A stretch of DNA of 63,993 nucleotides, the filler included, from Reticulomyxa filosa (lineage: Eukaryota > Protista > Foraminifera): assembly GCA_000512085.1 (NCBI GenBank). It is 25 parts of 25 records of this genome, joined end to end, with 100 filler letters (N's around TTAATTAATTAA, not from the genome) between each part and the next. Parts side by side here need not be neighbours in the genome. Positions count along the whole stretch, not along the records: positions 62,994 to 63,993 come from ASPP01034089.1; 24 more parts are not named here. The stretch is one strand, 5' to 3'. The notes beneath the pieces were generated by a model, which saw nothing but the letters and a program-made list of their open reading frames with translations, made no database searches and was not told the DNA's origin. Below are positions 62,994 through 63,993 of the stretch, one piece after another. Within the stretch, counting starts at the first letter, position 1; every line of letters starts with the position of its first letter. The position numbers and the translations under genes were made by a program.

Positions 62994-63698
62994 TCCGGAC
63001 AATGGAATGTCTTTCCACTCGACATTGACGCGCTTGTACATCCATTACTGTCAACAATCACTTCTCACCACCTTCATTCTCATTCTCATTCTCATCAGCA
63101 GAAGAAATATTCAAATGTGTCAACGTCAATCCACGACGATACGTCTTTGCGCTCTCACAAGTCCTTTGCCATGGATACAGCAAGTGGTGGTCATGACCGC
63201 GGTCATGACCGTGCAAAGCCTTTATCCACCTCCTCTTCTTCTTCTTCTTCTTCTTCTTCCTCTTCCTCCTCGGCGATCCATGTCATGTCGCATTTGACCA
63301 AAGCCAAGCGTAGACGCGCGCCCATTGTGATTCACAGCGACACTGTGAAGAGACTCAACAAGCTGAAAAAGCTAAAGTCATCCACCACGACTGTAGTAGA
63401 GCCACATGCATTGCTGTCTCCAATCGCGTGCGAAAAGTTTGCATCTCATCGAAAGTGTGTATCTGCGAGCGGAACACAGTCTTCTTCTTCTTCTTCTTCT
63501 TCCTCCTCCTCAATGTCCATTATGGCTTTGCTTTTTGTCGACACGATCTCCACGTCCACGTCCACGTCCACGTCCACGTCCACGTCCACGTCCACTGCGC
63601 AGCTGCGATACTTTGCGGCGACGTACCACTTTGACTCTGCACACACGTATACTCAAATGCAAGTCAATGTTCAATCATCTCTACCGTCGTCACTGTCG

Positions 63699-63729
<31 letters not shown>

Positions 63730-63993
63730 TTGTTATTGCTGACACAAGTGGCAGTCAAGAAAAGAAGGAGGAGAAGGAGGGGAAAAAAGAAGAGAAAGAC
63801 AAGCGTGAAGAAGTAGTGGCTCTACATTGCATCGACGAAGCCACTCTACTGTTCTTCCACGAAGCGCACGGAGCCACTCTGTACGAACGCAACTCGAGTG
63901 AAAACGAATGGCGATTGGAGATGCGTCTGCCGACAACAAGCAATAATGCTTGGAAGGACATAACGTGGCTAACGACGGCTGGCGGGACGTGCA
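62994..63993 (+). CDS. Ser/His-rich hypothetical protein, partial at both ends (absent from the ORF track)
   Basis: The frame starting at 62994 (SGQWNVFPLDIDALVHP...WKDITWLTTAGGTC) appears free of stops for 1 kb. Poly-S, (ST)n and (HS)n microsatellites stay in frame. Confidence 0.6.

Overview
This window is not one locus. It is 25 short contigs (about 1-7 kb) joined by an artificial 100-bp linker (44 N + TTAATTAATTAA + 44 N), so genes on different contigs are not real neighbours. The DNA is AT-rich, intron-containing eukaryotic sequence in the standard genetic code. Its expanded Kelch, WD40, TRAF/RING, TPR and ART families suggest a foraminiferan such as Reticulomyxa filosa (inference). Recognisable genes are an SLC35A nucleotide-sugar transporter, maspardin, an arylsulfatase, a phytol/dolichol-kinase-like protein, ATG8, a dual-specificity phosphatase, an AAA ATPase, a polo-box protein, an LRR receptor-like protein and a TPR protein. 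There are many pseudogenes (WD40, Kelch, TRAF, ESF2/ABT1, actin), a CRE-like non-LTR retrotransposon, and one bacterial-looking contig (IS1 end, truncated DUF6765-like gene, IS1595 start with a perfect sigma70 promoter). Most interesting: (1) a spliced ankyrin / RelA-SpoT-type alarmone-synthetase-like / ankyrin gene; (2) a CUE/PUB + toxin-type ADP-ribosyltransferase gene; (3) an inverted duplication whose best-conserved core holds a 73-nt element with tRNA-Ala-like ends (G3-U70, A73); (4) a NACHT-type/pentapeptide/WD40 NLR-like gene; (5) introns with A-tracts instead of pyrimidine tracts before the 3' splice site.
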